NCBI GenBank assembly: GCA_963790205.1
Contig: CAWBNQ010000002.1
Coordinates: 1-64,000 of the forward strand
Reading direction: 5' to 3'
DNA: 64,000 nt
DNA from: Nitrospirota bacterium
Lineage (GTDB): Bacteria > Nitrospirota > UBA9217
The notes under the pieces were generated by a model. That model ran no database searches. It was not told where the DNA came from and was given only the letters and a program-made list of their open reading frames with translations. This document shows positions 40,489 to 49,013 of this stretch, in pieces. A program made the position numbers and the translations under genes. Position 1 is the stretch's first letter. Every line of letters begins with the position of its first letter.

Positions 40489-40615
40489 CTATCTACATAT
40501 ATATAGAAATATCTACCGCTATATACATCCATCTACCCGTAGATATCTGCGATATATCTACGGGTAGATGGTTTTTCAGTTTATCAGGAACTCTGCGACA
40601 TATCTACCTGTATAT
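40489..40615. repeat. ATCTAC/ATATA repeat array with an 18-bp perfect inverted repeat
   Basis: CCATCTACCCGTAGATAT (40529-40546) / ATATCTACGGGTAGATGG (40554-40571); further ATCTAC copies near 40491, 40511 and 40603. Confidence 0.85.
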
Positions 40616-40940
40616 GCTTTTCCAGTGGCGTGCCCGCGATTTTTCCGTATTTCACGAACCAGAGTTTCTTCTCAGGATTCCATCTGCCGCCTGCCGCTTT
40701 GGCCTGGAACCGCATCGGCATGTCGGAGGCATCGATGCGCAGGGACACAAGCGTGTCCGCGGTATAGTGCGAAGGGGGCGGCGTCCAGTCGGCCCTTTCG
40801 ACGACCAGCTCGACCGTTTTGAGCCGCTGCCGCAGCTTCTCGTCATACCGGAAGCGGACGCACAACAGGGCGTCACCATACTTCTTCTCCAGGCTTTTCG
40901 TACCAGGCCGCCCCGGTTTTAGGATCAGTCGTGTTTTCAC
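40584..40940 (-). CDS. Small basic hypothetical protein, C-terminus DUF5710-like
   Basis: GGAGG RBS with GTG start; LKPGRPGTK...LLCVRFRYD; KAAGGRWNPEKKLW. Confidence 0.75.
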   Translation of the reverse strand: MKTRLILKPGRPGTKSLEKKYGDALLCVRFRYDEKLRQRLKTVELVVERADWTPPPSHYTADTLVSLRIDASDMPMRFQAKAAGGRWNPEKKLWFVKYGKIAGTPLEKHIQVDMSQSS

Positions 40941-40981
40941 CGTGCCTCCGCCGCTATCGTGTTCGCTTCACGCTCGCGCAG

Positions 40982-41296
40982 CTACTTCGCTTGCCCCGTT
41001 TGCACAATAACGCATGCCGATTCGATTATTCTCCGGAAATTCTCCTGTGTCTCCGCCCAGTCCACGATATCCACCTTGAACGGCAGATCGGATTCTCTGA
41101 AGGCATCCTTTAAATCTGCCAGTATCGAGGCGGGCATGGATTCGCTGCCCATGACTGCGAGGTCCAGGTCGGAGAAGGGTTTGACCTTTCCGGCTACCCG
41201 GGAGCCGAAGGCCCGTACTTCCCGGTCGGGAATATAACGGCGGAGGATTGCCTGGACCTCTTTCAGATCAGCGGGTTTTATGTTGAGCTCAGGCAC
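40982..41296 (-). CDS. Minimal nucleotidyltransferase (MNT) antitoxin
   Basis: AFGSRVAG...SDLDLAV, KVDIVD; GTG start overlapping the HEPN stop. Confidence 0.9.
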   Translation of the reverse strand: MPELNIKPADLKEVQAILRRYIPDREVRAFGSRVAGKVKPFSDLDLAVMGSESMPASILADLKDAFRESDLPFKVDIVDWAETQENFRRIIESACVIVQTGQAK

Positions 41297-41708
41297 GGTT
41301 GCGTCGCTCCAGTTCCGCCAGCAGCTGGCGGACATCGTTCCGAAAATCCTTCAGAACGCTCACAATCTGTTCGGCTTTTGCCTGATCGTAGGTGTGGCTG
41401 GTGATGTTGCGTTTCTCCCGATAGTCCCGGTACCGCGCGATGTCCGCGATCAATCCGGCTTCCGCGCCGGTCCTGATCACGTCCATATAGCCCATGGTAT
41501 CTATGGCCGCCGGGTCGGCGGACATTTGTTCGAGCTGTCGTTTCAGCATTTTGAACGCCAATTCGTGGGTGAATTCGAAGGCCTGGATCGCGGCGGCGCG
41601 GAATTGCTCGCGCAGATCAGGGTCCTTTGCCAGGTCCGATGCGAGAAATTTCAAGCTCTTTTCCAGGGCTGTCAGTGCATTGCGCAAGGATGATACATCA
41701 AGCGTCAT
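41289..41708 (-). CDS. HEPN toxin, HI0074-like nucleotidyltransferase substrate-binding family
   Basis: IQAFEFTHELAFK and RNITSHTY (R-x4-H); GGAGG RBS. Confidence 0.9.
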   Translation of the reverse strand: MTLDVSSLRNALTALEKSLKFLASDLAKDPDLREQFRAAAIQAFEFTHELAFKMLKRQLEQMSADPAAIDTMGYMDVIRTGAEAGLIADIARYRDYREKRNITSHTYDQAKAEQIVSVLKDFRNDVRQLLAELERRNRA

Positions 41709-41884
41709 AGGTATTCCTCCAGGTGAAGGTCGTGAGGGGGAGAATGCGTTTTTTGAGCCGCGTCCGCATCGTAATCAGCTTATCATCGTTCAATCTTTTC
41801 CGCAAGATGGAACTTTTCATTTCCGGTTAAAACAAAAATGAAGCGTCTCGCGCAAAGCCGTATCAAGAACAAAATCTTATATTC

Positions 41885-42377
41885 TCACACGAAGGCACGA
41901 AGCCACGAAGAGGGGAAGTGCTTTTTCCCCGGTCCTATTTGACCTGTCCATTCAAAACGCGGGATATACCATCTTTCATCATGCCTTTACCAAAATTAAG
42001 GAGGTATCCTAGTTTTTTCCCAGTTAATTTCAGATAAGTAAGAACTTGCTTCTTGTGCGCCTTGTTGGCACTTTCAACCGCCTTCACCTCCAGAATGACC
42101 TTGTCTTCCACGATGATATCTGCGCGGAAACCTTCGTCGAATTGAATTCCATGGAATTGTACAGGGATGGGGATCTGTCTCTCGACTTTCAAGCCGGCTT
42201 CTTGAAGCAAATGCGCAAGAAGTACCTCATATACGGTTTCAAGCAGTCCCGGTCCCAGTTCCATGTGAAGGCGCACTGCACAGTCCACAATGATTTTGCC
42301 GATCTCATTCTCGGTCATTTCTTGTTGTGATGTCATTTGGCATCCGCCTTTCTTTGTGGCTTTGTGGCTTCGTGTGA
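41885..42377. mobile_element. Candidate 493-bp element: GxxExxY gene between 26-bp periodic inverted repeats
   Basis: TCACACGAAGGCACGAAGCCACGAAG (41885-41910) and CTTTGTGGCTTTGTGGCTTCGTGTGA (42352-42377). Confidence 0.7.
41935..42336 (-). CDS. GxxExxY protein (PD-(D/E)XK nuclease-like)
   Basis: LGPGLLETVYE, RADIIVEDKVILEVK, QVLTYL, GYLLNFG. Confidence 0.93.
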   Translation of the reverse strand: MTSQQEMTENEIGKIIVDCAVRLHMELGPGLLETVYEVLLAHLLQEAGLKVERQIPIPVQFHGIQFDEGFRADIIVEDKVILEVKAVESANKAHKKQVLTYLKLTGKKLGYLLNFGKGMMKDGISRVLNGQVK

Positions 42378-42400
42378 AGACCGTTGTTGTCTTGCTCTTC

Positions 42401-42995
42401 TTATGTATATTTCCTCACCACCGCCGTCACCACTCCGGCGATCTTGAGCTCGCTCTTCGGTTTAATGGGCTTATACTTGGGGTTCGCCGGCAGGAGCGTG
42501 ACGTTGTCGCCCCGTTTCCGCAGGTATTTCATGGTCCACTGGCCGTCCACCTCGGCGATGACGATGTCTCCGCTCCTGGGCGTTTGCCCCTTGTCCACGA
42601 TCACCATGTCTCCGGGGAGGATGCCCGCGCCGGACATGGAATCGCCGGACACTTTGAGCAGGAACGTGGCCTCGCGGTTCTGGATCAAAAGATCGTCGAG
42701 AGACAGGGTGTCGATCAGCTCTTCCTCCGCAGGGCTCGGGAACCCGGCCTCGACAATGCCGAGGACCCGCACGGGGGACGCGATGGAGCCGGGGACGAGC
42801 CTGCCTTTTTTGTCCCGGCCGAGGACTTTGAGCTTTTCGAGCCTGCCGACAAGCTTGGATACGGCGTTCTTCGACTTGAGGCCCGTCATTGCTCCGATCT
42901 CGGAAAAGCTCGGCATCCTGGCGTTTTTTTTTAAAGAACTGAGCAATGTCTCTGGTCCGGGATTGCAGCTTATCTTCCGATAGGTCTCGTGCCAT
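42401..42995 (-). CDS. lexA: LexA/UmuD-like S24 repressor; frameshift near 42921-42932 (possible sequencing error)
   Basis: N-terminus MARDLSEDKLQSR...FFKK joins RMPSFSEI by removing one base; VEAGFPSP cleavage site, GDSM Ser, TMKY Lys. Confidence 0.85.
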
Positions 42996-43001
42996 GGCCC
43001 C

Positions 43002-43030
43002 ATTATAGGTGAACGTTCGTTCACTATCAA
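43002..43030 (-). promoter_or_regulatory. Sigma70 promoter with SOS-box-like operator in the spacer
   Basis: TTGATA(43030)-17-TATAAT(43007); GTGAAC-N4-GTTCAC at 43009-43024. Confidence 0.85.
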
Positions 43031-43464
43031 GAGGGATCTCCTCCTCTCAGACAAGCACCGCTATGATGTGTGTCATGGCAGGTTGAGCATGACTGGTCCT
43101 ATACTCGTACCAGGACCGTGATACGCTATATATAGAAGAGGATGTGCAGCCGGAGAAGCGGATAAACCGGAGATGCGAAATGAAACCACACCCTGCACTC
43201 GCGCCGAGCACTCGTAAACGCCGGGTGCGGGCAGAGACACGGAAGAATTCCTGGTTAATACATGAACGTATTATTTTGATTTTCCAATAAGATTCTCCGT
43301 GCTCTCAAGGAAAAAAGCGACGAGAAATAAATAAAGACGGCTGGTAACATGAGGGCACAGAGTGGGAGGATGATCAAGGATGCATTTTGCCTTTAAAATT
43401 CAGAATCTCTCTGCGTGCTTTGTGGTTAATATTGACATTACGACAAGCGGAGAGAGGAGGCGCC

Positions 43465-43686
43465 ATGAAAGAACTGGACGTTACGACCATTGCACCGAAG
43501 GACAGGCACCCGCTGATCTTCAGGACCTTTGACGAACTTAAGAAAGGCGAGGTGTTTGTCCTGGTCAACGACCACGACCCGAAGCCGCTTTATTACAGCT
43601 TTTTGCACGAGCGGGAAGGTCGGTTTGACTGGGAATACATTGAGCAGGGACCGACGACGTGGAAAGTAAAGATATCAAAAAAATGA
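43465..43686 (+). CDS. DUF2249-family small protein
   Basis: LDV...RHPLIF..FD.L...LVNDHDPKPL; AGGAGG RBS. Confidence 0.88.
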   Translation: MKELDVTTIAPKDRHPLIFRTFDELKKGEVFVLVNDHDPKPLYYSFLHEREGRFDWEYIEQGPTTWKVKISKK

Positions 43687-43742
43687 GCCGGGATCGATCT
43701 GAAGATAAGGGGGCAAGAAGCCCTTCAAAAGCGAGGAGTGTT

Positions 43743-43928
43743 ATGTTCCTGAATATTGATTACAGCCTGTGCCAGGGATGCGGCGGGTGCGCCGAGGCCT
43801 ATCCTCAGTTCTTCGAGATGCGCGATGACAAGGCCTGGGTCATCAATGCCGAAAAGTTCAAGACGGAAGAGCACAAGGACATCCTCCTGGTTTGTCCCTA
43901 TTATGCTATATCGATAGAACAGGGGTGA
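43743..43928 (+). CDS. Single-cluster ferredoxin
   Basis: CQGCGGC...CPYYAI; GAGGAG RBS. Confidence 0.85.
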   Translation: MFLNIDYSLCQGCGGCAEAYPQFFEMRDDKAWVINAEKFKTEEHKDILLVCPYYAISIEQG

Positions 43929-43953
43929 GCGGTAGAGCGTCCCTTCCCTCGTC

Positions 43954-45324
43954 CTAGTCGGTCTTCATGCGCATATTACCGCTCCGTTTTTTCACGTCCC
44001 GCGGCGGGGTAACGGTATCGAGCAGCTTTAAAAAAAGCCCCCGTGCCTCTTCGCTCGATAGGGAACCGAGGTGCGTCTCGTTCAGTCCGAAAATCTTGAC
44101 GGCGTCCGCTTGCACCCAGGGCGGAAGCTGGGAGCGCAGCGTGACGGTTCCGTCGCTGCTCTCACCCAGTTTGAACGTTGACGGATCATTGTAGGTGAAG
44201 AAGAGGTAGAAAGGCAGCGTGTTCGGGAACTGCCGGCGGGCGAGGTCCTGGAGAAAAACGCTTCCCGCCGCGAGGTCTCGCCATACGGGTACGACGACGG
44301 GAGCGCCCTCTGCGCCAATCCGGGCGTCCTCACTGCCGGCGTAGGGAGTCGAAAAAGAGCAGTACATTTTCAGGGATGCGGGGAAGCCCTCTGCAGAGAG
44401 TTTGTTGATCGCCGATAACGCAACAAGGCCTCCCATGCTGTGGGCCGCCAGCACGATCTTATGCCCGCTGTTCTTCGAATACTTGTCGATGGTTTCAATC
44501 ATCTCCGCGAGCAAGGCCCCCATTTTGTCCAGCGGCAGACCGGACGGATAAAAAAAGAAGAACGGCTGAAAGCGGCTTCGGTCCAGACCCTCCACCATAT
44601 ACTTCCAGTCCCTCGGCGTTCCCGAAATGCCGTGGACAAAGAGGACGGTGGTCTTTTCCTCGTTGTAATTCTCGATGCCGAAGAAGAAGCCCTGTGTATG
44701 GGCTATTAACTCCGTAGGATTGTAGAGACCCATGGTGCCGTATTTCGGGTCGAAAAACCCGTCATCGAGGGACTTATAGACGTAGCTGGTGGGTCGAACG
44801 GTTTCGCTCAGATGGAAGTCTACCTTGCCGGGATGATCGAAATTCACGGTGATCGGCGGGCCCTCAACAATCGCTCCGTCTTTGGAATGTTGGGCGTTGA
44901 CGGTCACCTTCGCCCGGCCGATAAGCTCATTCCCCTCGAAGTCCCCGTTCTTATCCAGGTCCGCGAAAATAAAAAGCTCGTAATCTCCCCTGGGGAGGAA
45001 CGCCATGTAGTAGGTATCCATCTGAAGTTGCACGACCGCAACTTTCTCGTTCTGCTGATATCGCTGGCTGACTGCCACGAGCAGCAGGGGCTTCTCCCTC
45101 TGCTGAAGCTTGATGACGGGTCCGGCAAGGATGAGGGAGTCCTCGGGCGCGAATTTGTTCAACGCCGACATGCTGGGTATGTACCGGAAGGTCTGGCGCC
45201 AGTGCGTCTGGCGAGCATAGAAGCCGCCGTAGCTGCAGCCGGACAGGATCAGAGCGATGGATAGAAAAAGGGGAATGATGATCGGACCATGGATGAGCCG
45301 CAAGCGGAGATCACGCTGAACCAT
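43954..45324 (-). CDS. Alpha/beta-hydrolase fold lipoprotein
   Basis: Lipobox LSGC, FVHGISG, AHSMGG nucleophile elbow. Confidence 0.85.
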   Translation of the reverse strand: MVQRDLRLRLIHGPIIIPLFLSIALILSGCSYGGFYARQTHWRQTFRYIPSMSALNKFAPEDSLILAGPVIKLQQREKPLLLVAVSQRYQQNEKVAVVQLQMDTYYMAFLPRGDYELFIFADLDKNGDFEGNELIGRAKVTVNAQHSKDGAIVEGPPITVNFDHPGKVDFHLSETVRPTSYVYKSLDDGFFDPKYGTMGLYNPTELIAHTQGFFFGIENYNEEKTTVLFVHGISGTPRDWKYMVEGLDRSRFQPFFFFYPSGLPLDKMGALLAEMIETIDKYSKNSGHKIVLAAHSMGGLVALSAINKLSAEGFPASLKMYCSFSTPYAGSEDARIGAEGAPVVVPVWRDLAAGSVFLQDLARRQFPNTLPFYLFFTYNDPSTFKLGESSDGTVTLRSQLPPWVQADAVKIFGLNETHLGSLSSEEARGLFLKLLDTVTPPRDVKKRSGNMRMKTD

Positions 45325-45377
45325 AGGGTATCCATTCTCCTTTATCAGGGCGATAGGGGGGCTTAATCAGATCCGGT

Positions 45378-47492
45378 TTACCGGTAAAATGTTTTTCCTT
45401 GTAGTGCCATCTCGACCAACAGGGGAGGAGGGGTGAAGCGGTCTCCCTGTTTTTTTGCGTACCCTTCGAGCTTCCCGACAATGACCTTGATGCCGGTCGT
45501 GTCCGCGTACTTGAGCAGACCGCCGCGAAAAGGAGGAAAGCCGATGCCGAAGATGAGGGCCGCATCGAGCAGGTCCGGTCTTTCGACGATCTTCTCTTCG
45601 AGACAGAGCGCAGCCTCTTTTACCATGAGCAGGACAGTCCGGTCCACGATCTCTTCGGGAAGAACCTTTTTTTTGCTCCCGGCAGCGATCTTTCCGTAGA
45701 TCGAACTGTCCGGCCCTCCCCGTTTTTTACCGTGATAGAGGTAAAACCCCTTCCTGTTCTTCTTGCCGTAGTATCCTTCCCGGTATAAGGCGCCGAGCAG
45801 CGGCGACGGTTTTACGCGCGCGCCCAAACCCTGGTAAATGATCTCCGAGACCTTATGCGCGATGTCGATGCCGGTTTCGTCGAGAAGAATAAAAGCGCCC
45901 ATGGGCATGCCGAACTGAAGGAGTGTCCGGTCGATCTCGTCGATCGTTCCGCCCTCCTCGAGCAGGGCGACCGCTTCGCCGAGGTAAGGCATCAGGATGC
46001 GGTTCACGAGAAAACCGGGTCCATCGTTCACAACCACCGGAAGCTTGCCTATTTTACGCGAGAGCGTTGAGATTGCCGCGACGGTTTCCTCCGAGGTTTT
46101 TCCGCCGCGTACGATCTCAACGAGCGGCATCTTCTCCACGGGATTAAAAAAATGCATGCCGACGACCCTGCCCGGACGGCTCGACGCTGTTGCCATCTCG
46201 GTGATCGAGAGGGACGATGTATTCGATGCGAAGATCGCGTTTTCGCCGGCCTCGGTCTCAAAATCCCGGAGCACGGATTTTTTGACGTCCATGTTCTCGA
46301 CCACGGCCTCGACGGCCACGTCGGCTTTCCTGAAGCCTGAATAATCCGTGGTGCCGGTGATCCGGTCAAAGCCGTCCCGCGCCTGGATCGCTGTCAGGAC
46401 CCCCTTTTTTGCTCTCTTGCTGAAAATGTCCCAGGCTTCCCTGAGTCCTGCTCCGACGGCCCTGGTATTGATGTCTTTTACTCTGACCGTGATGCCCCTC
46501 TCGGCAAAGAGCTGGGCAATGCCGCCGCCCATGACGCCGGCGCCGAGCACTCCGGCATTGACGATCTTCACAGGCGAGGGGCGGGGATCTTTTCTCAGCG
46601 CTTCGTTCAAATAAAAGACGGAGATCAGGTTCTTCGACACCTCGGTCGGTGCGAGCCGGCCAAGAAGCCTTGCTTCGTTTGCAAATCCTGCCTCTCTGCT
46701 GTAGGTCATTCCAGAGCGTACGGACTCCAGTGCCGCGAGCGGTGCGGGATAGTTGCCGTGCGTTTCTTTGAGGATGTTCTTTTTCGCTGTCCGATATATG
46801 AGGGTCCTCGTGAGTGGATTTCCTTCTATCAGCTTGATGATGAGCGGTCTTTTTGCCCGGATAGCTGTTTTTTTCGGCTTTCCGATCGCTGTCTTTGCCA
46901 TGACAAGGGCCCTTTGCACGAGGATTTCTTTATAGGTCACCTCGTCGGCGAGGCCGATCTTTCGTGCTTTCCTGGCGTAGACGGACTTGCCGGTGAGGAT
47001 CATGTCGAGGGCGTTCGTGAGCCCAATCAGGCGCGGCAGACGCTGCGTGCCGCCAAAGCCGGGAATGATGCCGAGTTTTACTTCGGGAAGGGCGAGGGCT
47101 GTTTTCTGGTCGTTGCTGATGATCCGATAAGCGCAGGCCAGGGCAAGCTCCATTCCGCCGCCCATGCAGGGACCGTGGATGGCGGCCACGGTGGGAAAGG
47201 GCAGGGACTCGAGCTTGCTGAAGACCGCCTGACCCTTGCGGGCGAGCTGCTCGCCGGCTTCAGGGTCCGTGATGTTCCTTATTTCAGCGATGTCCGCGCC
47301 GACAATGAAGTTTGCGTCCTTGCCGCTCCTGAACACGAGCGCTTTGATCTCCTTTTTGGCCCCAAGTTCATCGAGCAACGCGCTGAACTCTTCCATAACG
47401 GATGTTGTGAGCTTGTTTACCTTTTCACCGGGCAGGTCGAAGGTAAGAATCGCGATGCCGTCTTGCCCGATTTCATATGTGAACGCCGCCAT
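45378..47492 (-). CDS. fadJ: Fatty acid oxidation multifunctional enzyme (enoyl-CoA hydratase/3-hydroxyacyl-CoA dehydrogenase), FadJ/FadB type
   Basis: GGGMELALAC, LPEVKLG, GAGVMGGG, SNTSSL, GMHFFNP. Confidence 0.93.
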   Translation of the reverse strand: MAAFTYEIGQDGIAILTFDLPGEKVNKLTTSVMEEFSALLDELGAKKEIKALVFRSGKDANFIVGADIAEIRNITDPEAGEQLARKGQAVFSKLESLPFPTVAAIHGPCMGGGMELALACAYRIISNDQKTALALPEVKLGIIPGFGGTQRLPRLIGLTNALDMILTGKSVYARKARKIGLADEVTYKEILVQRALVMAKTAIGKPKKTAIRAKRPLIIKLIEGNPLTRTLIYRTAKKNILKETHGNYPAPLAALESVRSGMTYSREAGFANEARLLGRLAPTEVSKNLISVFYLNEALRKDPRPSPVKIVNAGVLGAGVMGGGIAQLFAERGITVRVKDINTRAVGAGLREAWDIFSKRAKKGVLTAIQARDGFDRITGTTDYSGFRKADVAVEAVVENMDVKKSVLRDFETEAGENAIFASNTSSLSITEMATASSRPGRVVGMHFFNPVEKMPLVEIVRGGKTSEETVAAISTLSRKIGKLPVVVNDGPGFLVNRILMPYLGEAVALLEEGGTIDEIDRTLLQFGMPMGAFILLDETGIDIAHKVSEIIYQGLGARVKPSPLLGALYREGYYGKKNRKGFYLYHGKKRGGPDSSIYGKIAAGSKKKVLPEEIVDRTVLLMVKEAALCLEEKIVERPDLLDAALIFGIGFPPFRGGLLKYADTTGIKVIVGKLEGYAKKQGDRFTPPPLLVEMALQGKTFYR

Positions 47493-47507
47493 GTGTTGTC
47501 TCCGCTG

Positions 47508-47620
47508 GAAATCCCAAAATACAAATACCAAATTTCAATGACGCAACGACGCAACGTTTTGAATTTTGCGCATTGGCGCTTGGAGGTTGTTTGTCATTTA
47601 GTGCCTGATATCTGGTATTT
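47508..47620. repeat. Degenerate palindromic element with ~7-bp periodic arms
   Basis: AAATCCC AAAATAC AAATACC AAATTTC ... TTTGTCA TTTAGTG CCTGATA TCTGGTA TTT. Confidence 0.6.
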
Positions 47621-48902
47621 ATCTTCTCTCCACGATCACGGCCCCGCCCTGGCCGCCGCCGATGCAAAGGGTCGCAAGGCCGGTGGAGAGTCCGCGCCGC
47701 TCCATCTCTTTAAGGAGCGTGATCACGATCCTGATGCCCGATGATCCCACGGGATGGCCGACCGCAATGGCGCCGCCGTTCACGTTCATGATGTCCCGCC
47801 TGAACTCGCCGATCGGCTCCTCGCCGGGGAGGTGTTTTGCAAAGTATTCCTTCGATACCGCGGCCCGTTCGACAGCGATGATCTGGGCCGCAAAAGCCTC
47901 GTTCAATTCGACCAACTCGATATCTTTCATCTTCATACCGGCAAGCTTAAGCGCCTTGTGAGACGCGTAGAGCGGACTGATGCCCATGCGCGAAGGGTCG
48001 AATCCGGCAAAGGCGACCGTTTTCATAAAGCCGAGGGGCTTAAGCCCGAGTTTGTTCGCCTTTTCAGCGCTCATCACGAGCGCCGCTGCGGCGCCGTCGG
48101 TGATGGGCGACGAATTCCCGGCCGTCACGGTCCCGTACCGTTTATCAAAGTAAGGGCGCAATTTTTCGAGCGCTTCCATGGTCTGGTTTTTACGCGGTCC
48201 GCTGTCCTCTTCCACGGCATCGAGCTTTGGCGGCACGTAGAACGGTATTATTTCGTTCTTGAACTTGCCGGCCTCGTTCGCAGCGGCCCAGCGGCGGTGG
48301 CTCGCGAGCGCCAGCTCGTCCTGCTCGCGGCGGGTGATGCCGAAGTCGCGCACGAGCACTTCGGCGGTCTCGCCCATGATCAGGCCGGAGATCGGATCGG
48401 TGAGCCCTTGAATGAGGCCCGCCACCGGGAGGAAGTCACGCGGCCGGAGAGAGAGAATCGCTTTGACCTTGGCGCCGAAAGCCTTTGATCGCCGGACCGC
48501 CGTAATGGCACTCTGGAGCTTCTTCGACATCAGGAAGCCGTAGTTCGACATGGATTCCACGCCGCCGACGAGCACCACTTCGCTCATACCTGCCAGGATC
48601 TGCGTGTACGCGCTCGCCGCTGCCTGCATGCCGGAGGCGCAGTTCCGCTGTACGCTGTACGCCGGGATATGCTCCGGGAGGCCCGCACGGAGCGCGATGA
48701 CGCGGGCGATGTTTGCGGCTTCCGCCGGCATGCCGGCGTTGCCGACGATCACCTCATCGATGAGATCCTTGTCGATGCCGGTGCGTGCGATGAGCTCTTT
48801 CACCACGGCAGCGCCAAGGTCTACGGCAGGCACATCCTTGAAGGCCGTGCCTGCCTTGGCGTAGGGGGTGCGAAAACCGTCTATGATGACGACATCTTTC
48901 AT
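47619..48902 (-). CDS. fadA: Acetyl-CoA C-acyltransferase (thiolase), FadA/FadI type
   Basis: RNCASG, NEAFA, GHPVG, CIGGGQG. Confidence 0.95.
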   Translation of the reverse strand: MKDVVIIDGFRTPYAKAGTAFKDVPAVDLGAAVVKELIARTGIDKDLIDEVIVGNAGMPAEAANIARVIALRAGLPEHIPAYSVQRNCASGMQAAASAYTQILAGMSEVVLVGGVESMSNYGFLMSKKLQSAITAVRRSKAFGAKVKAILSLRPRDFLPVAGLIQGLTDPISGLIMGETAEVLVRDFGITRREQDELALASHRRWAAANEAGKFKNEIIPFYVPPKLDAVEEDSGPRKNQTMEALEKLRPYFDKRYGTVTAGNSSPITDGAAAALVMSAEKANKLGLKPLGFMKTVAFAGFDPSRMGISPLYASHKALKLAGMKMKDIELVELNEAFAAQIIAVERAAVSKEYFAKHLPGEEPIGEFRRDIMNVNGGAIAVGHPVGSSGIRIVITLLKEMERRGLSTGLATLCIGGGQGGAVIVERR

Positions 48903-49013
48903 GATTCCCTCAAATGGCGGTACCTGTTCGAAGTACGAATATCTAAATCCGAAATAAACTCGGATCGCTCAATTTAAAACTTGAATTGCCGGCGTTTCGA
49001 TATGGTTTAGAGC

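Noticed and set aside
42996..43054. N-terminal extension of the 217-aa lexA ORF in the track
   Set aside because: It runs through the promoter and operator; the plausible N-terminus is in the other frame from ATG 42995.
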